Origin: an uncultured Gammaproteobacteria bacterium
GTDB lineage: Bacteria > Patescibacteriota > Patescibacteriia > Buchananbacterales > UBA6539
Direction: 5' to 3'
DNA: 55,874 bases
NCBI GenBank assembly: GCA_964470025.1
Contig: CAYXZR010000003.1
Coordinates: 1 to 55,874 of the forward strand
Made by a program: the position numbers and the translations under genes. Below the pieces are notes generated by a model, which saw only the letters and a program-made list of their open reading frames with translations, searched no databases and was not told the DNA's origin. Below are positions 53,198 to 55,874 of the stretch, one piece after another (the stretch's first letter is position 1; each line of letters opens with the position of its first letter).

Positions 53198-53640
53198 TGC
53201 CAGAAGCACTTACCAATCAATTCACAGTAACCAAAGATAACTGCAAGGTCGTCATGCCGCAGTTTAATGCTCAAGTATGGTCGCTACTCAAGCAGGGTTT
53301 AACGCTTAAAGTTGCCGCGAATGAAGCTGAAAACGACAGAAGCTTAGCGCAAAACAGATTGCTTTGGCTTTGGCACAACGAGTCTTGCAAGCACATAAAA
53401 GACCATTGGGGCGTTGTGTGTTCACCAGAAGCATTGCACGAAGAACTAATTGAGCGCCTTGGTTATTTCAAGCTTGAGCGTGGAGTAAAACGCATGGTCA
53501 AGGTTCGAGAAAAAACAAGCAAGATGGGCGTTAAAAGGTTCACCCAATTACTTAATGACTACGAACACTACGCGCTTGATGTTTGGAAGCTGCAATTGCC
53601 GCATCCAGCAGATATGTATCACATGGCAATGGGGCGGTAA
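53197..53640 (+). CDS. ninB: NinB/Orf-family recombination mediator
   Basis: ENDRSLAQNRLLWLW and TSKMGVKRFTQLLNDYEHYA parallel lambda NinB ERNRSLDQNRKLWA / TSRMRVGEFAELLE. Confidence 0.75.
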   Translation: MPEALTNQFTVTKDNCKVVMPQFNAQVWSLLKQGLTLKVAANEAENDRSLAQNRLLWLWHNESCKHIKDHWGVVCSPEALHEELIERLGYFKLERGVKRMVKVREKTSKMGVKRFTQLLNDYEHYALDVWKLQLPHPADMYHMAMGR

Positions 53641-53644
53641 CCAA

Positions 53645-53866
53645 ATGAGAAATTGCAAGCCAAAAAAAGAGGCCCTAAGAAAACCAACAGCCCCGAAAGG
53701 CACATTCATACCATCAGCTCGCACACCATTAGGCGCTCAGTATGAGTTTGAGGGCATCTACTACAAGCAAGGTCTGCACGGGTATATCTACCGCTGGAAT
53801 GGTGAAAATTGGATGAAAACGCAACTTAAAAAATATGACGTTAAAAACTTCAAGGTGGCTGTGTAG
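53645..53866 (+). CDS. Hypothetical protein (73 aa from ATG 53645)
   Basis: The ATG follows the ninB stop by 4 nt. The track start 53555 overlaps ninB. Confidence 0.6.
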   Translation: MRNCKPKKEALRKPTAPKGTFIPSARTPLGAQYEFEGIYYKQGLHGYIYRWNGENWMKTQLKKYDVKNFKVAV

Positions 53867-53868
53867 GT

Positions 53869-54162
53869 ATGACCGTAATTGACTTCAAATCTCAAGCAAG
53901 GCTGACCCCCAAACGAGATTACTTCGCTTGTAAGCATGGTTCAGTTTACGTTGTTGAACATTCGAGAAGCATTGAATGCAAGACCTGTGGAAAGGTGTTT
54001 GACCCATTTGATTTTTTGCTCAAGCACGCGATGAAACAGCAAAATGCCATGTTTGATGTAAGTAGTTTGGTTTCGGAAAAAGAAAAGCTCTCTTTGGAAG
54101 TTGAGCGCTTAAAAAAAGAAAAGCGGAATATTCAGGCTCAAATTAGGCGGTTAAAAAAATGA
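53869..54162 (+). CDS. Zinc-ribbon plus coiled-coil protein (97 aa)
   Basis: C.H...C..C then LSLEVERLKKEKRNIQAQIRRLKK. Confidence 0.65.
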   Translation: MTVIDFKSQARLTPKRDYFACKHGSVYVVEHSRSIECKTCGKVFDPFDFLLKHAMKQQNAMFDVSSLVSEKEKLSLEVERLKKEKRNIQAQIRRLKK

Positions 54163-54467
54163 CTTTAAAAAGCAAAAAGCTAAGAAATTCAGCCAAGGGG
54201 CAAGAATGCCAAGTGAGATTGCCCGGCTTGTGTAATTACAACCCCGAAACAGTAGTGTTGGCGCATGTAGGCAAAGGCTCTGGTATGGGGCAAAAAGCAG
54301 ATGATATTCATGCAGCGTTTTGCTGCTCAGCTTGTCACGATATTTTAGATAAACGTCAGTATACGCCACTGTTGAGCTACGAAGAAATTGAAAACTACGC
54401 ATGGCATGGCGTACAGCGAACGCAAAAAATTTGGTTAGAAATGGGATTAATTGAGGTTGCAGCCTAA
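54159..54467 (+). CDS. YbcO/DUF1364-family protein (putative nuclease)
   Basis: GQECQVRLPGLCNYNPETVVLAH...CCSACHD parallels E. coli YbcO from memory. Confidence 0.8.
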   Translation: MTLKSKKLRNSAKGQECQVRLPGLCNYNPETVVLAHVGKGSGMGQKADDIHAAFCCSACHDILDKRQYTPLLSYEEIENYAWHGVQRTQKIWLEMGLIEVAA

Positions 54468-54856
54468 TGAAAATCTACCCAATTACACCCGTACCTAAAC
54501 CACGTTTAACGCAGCGCGACAAATGGAAAAAGCGCCCTGTCGTGCTGCGCTATTTTGCGTTTAAAGACGAATGCAAAACACACAAAGTGGAACTGCCAAA
54601 GGCTGGGGCGCATGTAATTTTTGTCATCCCAATGCCTAGCTCATGGTCAAAGAAAAAACGCGAACAAATGAATGGCCAGCCACATACCCAACGTCCTGAC
54701 GCGGATAACCTAATTAAAGCGCTAGGGGATTCTGTATATGACGAAGATTGCGAAATCTGGAATTTCCAAGTCAGTAAGTTTTGGGGCGAGCAAGGCCGAA
54801 TCATAATCAAAGAAAGCGTACCACAAACACTCAACGAATTATTAGACGTGGCTTAG
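54467..54856 (+). CDS. rusA: RusA-like Holliday junction resolvase
   Basis: ...PKPRLTQRDKW..., PMPSSWSKKKR, RPDADNLIKALGDS (D.DN..K motif). Confidence 0.6.
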   Translation: MKIYPITPVPKPRLTQRDKWKKRPVVLRYFAFKDECKTHKVELPKAGAHVIFVIPMPSSWSKKKREQMNGQPHTQRPDADNLIKALGDSVYDEDCEIWNFQVSKFWGEQGRIIIKESVPQTLNELLDVA

Positions 54857-54864
54857 GAGTATTT

Positions 54865-55479
54865 ATGTCTGCAGCGCAAATGCTATCAAGAGTAGGACTA
54901 AAAACAGTTAGATTCGACACTGGCAATGGTGGTGTTCCTGCGCTTTTGCCCGAAGAAATGCTCATGCACCTTGGCATGTATCAAGCTGCAGGCTGCATTG
55001 ACGAAATAGCCGTTATTTTTGCCATCGCGTTTTACACCAATACAACGTGCCGCAAAGACCAAGAGTTAATAAAACAATATCTAGGCTCTCGCGTGTTTAT
55101 TAAGTGTCACAAAGAAAAAATTCGCGTCACTCAGCAAACAATACAACACATTGTTGACCTGGCTATCTCTGAATCAATTAATTCAACCGTATGCCCTGCC
55201 TGTAACGGCACTAAAAAAGTATTGCTGGCCAAAGGTGAATTCAACATGCAAGCGGCAATACATAGCATCAATATAAACGACTCAAAATACAAAACCTGCA
55301 AAGCCTGTAAAGGCACAGGATACAAGCTTTTATCAAACTACAAAAAAGCCGTTACATGCGGTATGTCTGGCGGCAAAAGCTGGACAGATAATCACGAATT
55401 ATTGCTGGGATTTACTCAGCAAATAATAACCAACTGGTTAAGCGAAATTAAAAACGCACTAGCCACAATCCATTCATAA
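54865..55479 (+). CDS. Q-like late antiterminator candidate (204 aa, two CxxCxGT zinc knuckles)
   Basis: GGAG SD. C110/C113 and C145/C148 (CPACNGT, CKACKGT). Length and Cys spacing are close to lambda Q as I recall it. Sits in the nin-region position after rusA. Confidence 0.5.
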   Translation: MSAAQMLSRVGLKTVRFDTGNGGVPALLPEEMLMHLGMYQAAGCIDEIAVIFAIAFYTNTTCRKDQELIKQYLGSRVFIKCHKEKIRVTQQTIQHIVDLAISESINSTVCPACNGTKKVLLAKGEFNMQAAIHSININDSKYKTCKACKGTGYKLLSNYKKAVTCGMSGGKSWTDNHELLLGFTQQIITNWLSEIKNALATIHS

Positions 55480-55497
55480 GTCAAACGAGGATCAATT

Positions 55498-55874
55498 ATG
55501 GAATTAAACCAATTAGCACAAGAGTTAGATTTAGCCGATGTAACTCAGTTGTTGATCATGTCAGTTAATCGTGATGCAGAAGAATATGATGCACTGACAA
55601 TTAAACTCAACGATTCAGAGTTAAAAAACCGTGAACTTGAAGAAGAAAACAAAAGGCTTCGAGAAATCGTAGAGCGAACTGATGCAGCCATTAGCAATCT
55701 TGAAACCCAAAAGGAACAAGCGCTAACGGCCGCTAAAAAAACAATCGCGCAATTAGAGTTTGCGCTAAACAGCGCAAACCAAGAGCTTAAATCGTTTAAA
55801 GAGCACTTCGGCACAGTTAAAAAAGCCAAAGACAGGATTGCCCGAAACAAAAAATCCAATGACGAACTTAACAA
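55498..55874 (+). CDS. 5' part of the junction-spanning coiled-coil gene (continues at 1..479)
   Basis: ATG 55498 with CGAGGATC SD. The frame stays open to the window end and continues in frame 3 at the window start. Confidence 0.7.
   Translation, partial: MELNQLAQELDLADVTQLLIMSVNRDAEEYDALTIKLNDSELKNRELEEENKRLREIVERTDAAISNLETQKEQALTAAKKTIAQLEFALNSANQELKSFKEHFGTVKKAKDRIARNKKSNDELN
55820..55874. repeat. 55-bp terminal overlap, right copy
   Basis: Identical to 1..55. Confidence 0.9.

Larger units (their letters stand above)
1..55819. mobile_element. Complete circular temperate phage genome (unit length 55,819 bp)
   Basis: Bases 1..55 equal 55820..55874 and an ORF reads through the join. Integrase plus attP-like repeats, cI/cro switch, replication, recombination, lysis, packaging and virion modules are all present. 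Confidence 0.85.

Noticed and set aside
55545-55874. Minus-strand 109-aa ORF at the window end
   Set aside because: It is antisense to the well-supported plus-strand junction gene (strong SD, continues in frame into 126..479). Its Ser/Leu/Phe-rich composition is typical of an antisense shadow of a coiled-coil gene.
1-55874. Search by eye for tRNA, rRNA, CRISPR arrays, reverse transcriptase (DGR/retron) and transposase genes
   Set aside because: None found. The only regular repeats are coding repeats in the fibre genes, the attP arrays and the ori iterons.

Overview
The window is one complete, circularly closed temperate phage genome. Bases 1..55 are identical to 55820..55874, so the unit length is 55,819 bp, and one gene reads through the join.

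Modules:
- (a) Lambda-style immunity region: an S24-type cI repressor (49897..50598, minus) divergent from cro (50691..50882). A shared palindromic operator, ATAAGT-N2-ACTTAT, sits at the cI/cro spacer and at a consensus-like leftward promoter near 47989..48030.
- (b) Early-right operon (plus strand, 50691 across the join to 1395): O-like initiator with internal iterons, P-like loader, NinB, YbcO/DUF1364, RusA-like resolvase, Q-like zinc-finger protein, a coiled-coil protein and RdgC.
- (c) Early-left operon (minus strand, 47955 to 40504): acidic first gene, RecE-type exonuclease, RecT, Dam-family methyltransferase, AlpA/Xis-like protein, PD-(D/E)XK-like protein and many small ORFs.
- (d) attP-like repeat array (40051..40377) next to a P4-type tyrosine integrase (38750..40024).
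- (e) One minus-strand late unit of about 36 kb (38557 to 2779): holin, amidase endolysin, TerS, TerL, portal, scaffold, major capsid, adaptors, two large fibre proteins, a cassette of Q/N/G-rich proteins, and a 3,483-aa protein.

I recognised no tape-measure, tube or sheath gene. A short-tailed virion is therefore inferred, not shown.

Most notable observations:
1. The 3,483-aa protein is polyvalent: ParB-like domain, SF2/SNF2-type helicase, NPPY N6-adenine methyltransferase, and roughly 2 kb-equivalents of unassigned sequence. It closes the internal-protein cassette.
2. A translationally coupled two-gene cassette lies immediately downstream of cI, in the position of lambda rexAB. A signal-peptide-bearing DUF1524/HNH nuclease lies beside it.
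3. 12 of 31 early proteins end in Ala-Ala, encoded as GCWGCN-stop.
4. A 12-nt element lies between the -35 and -10 of two late-promoter-like sites, each followed by a hairpin terminator. Five same-strand intrinsic terminators lie in the late unit.

I saw no tRNA, rRNA or CRISPR array. All homology statements are from motif recognition by eye; no searches were run.
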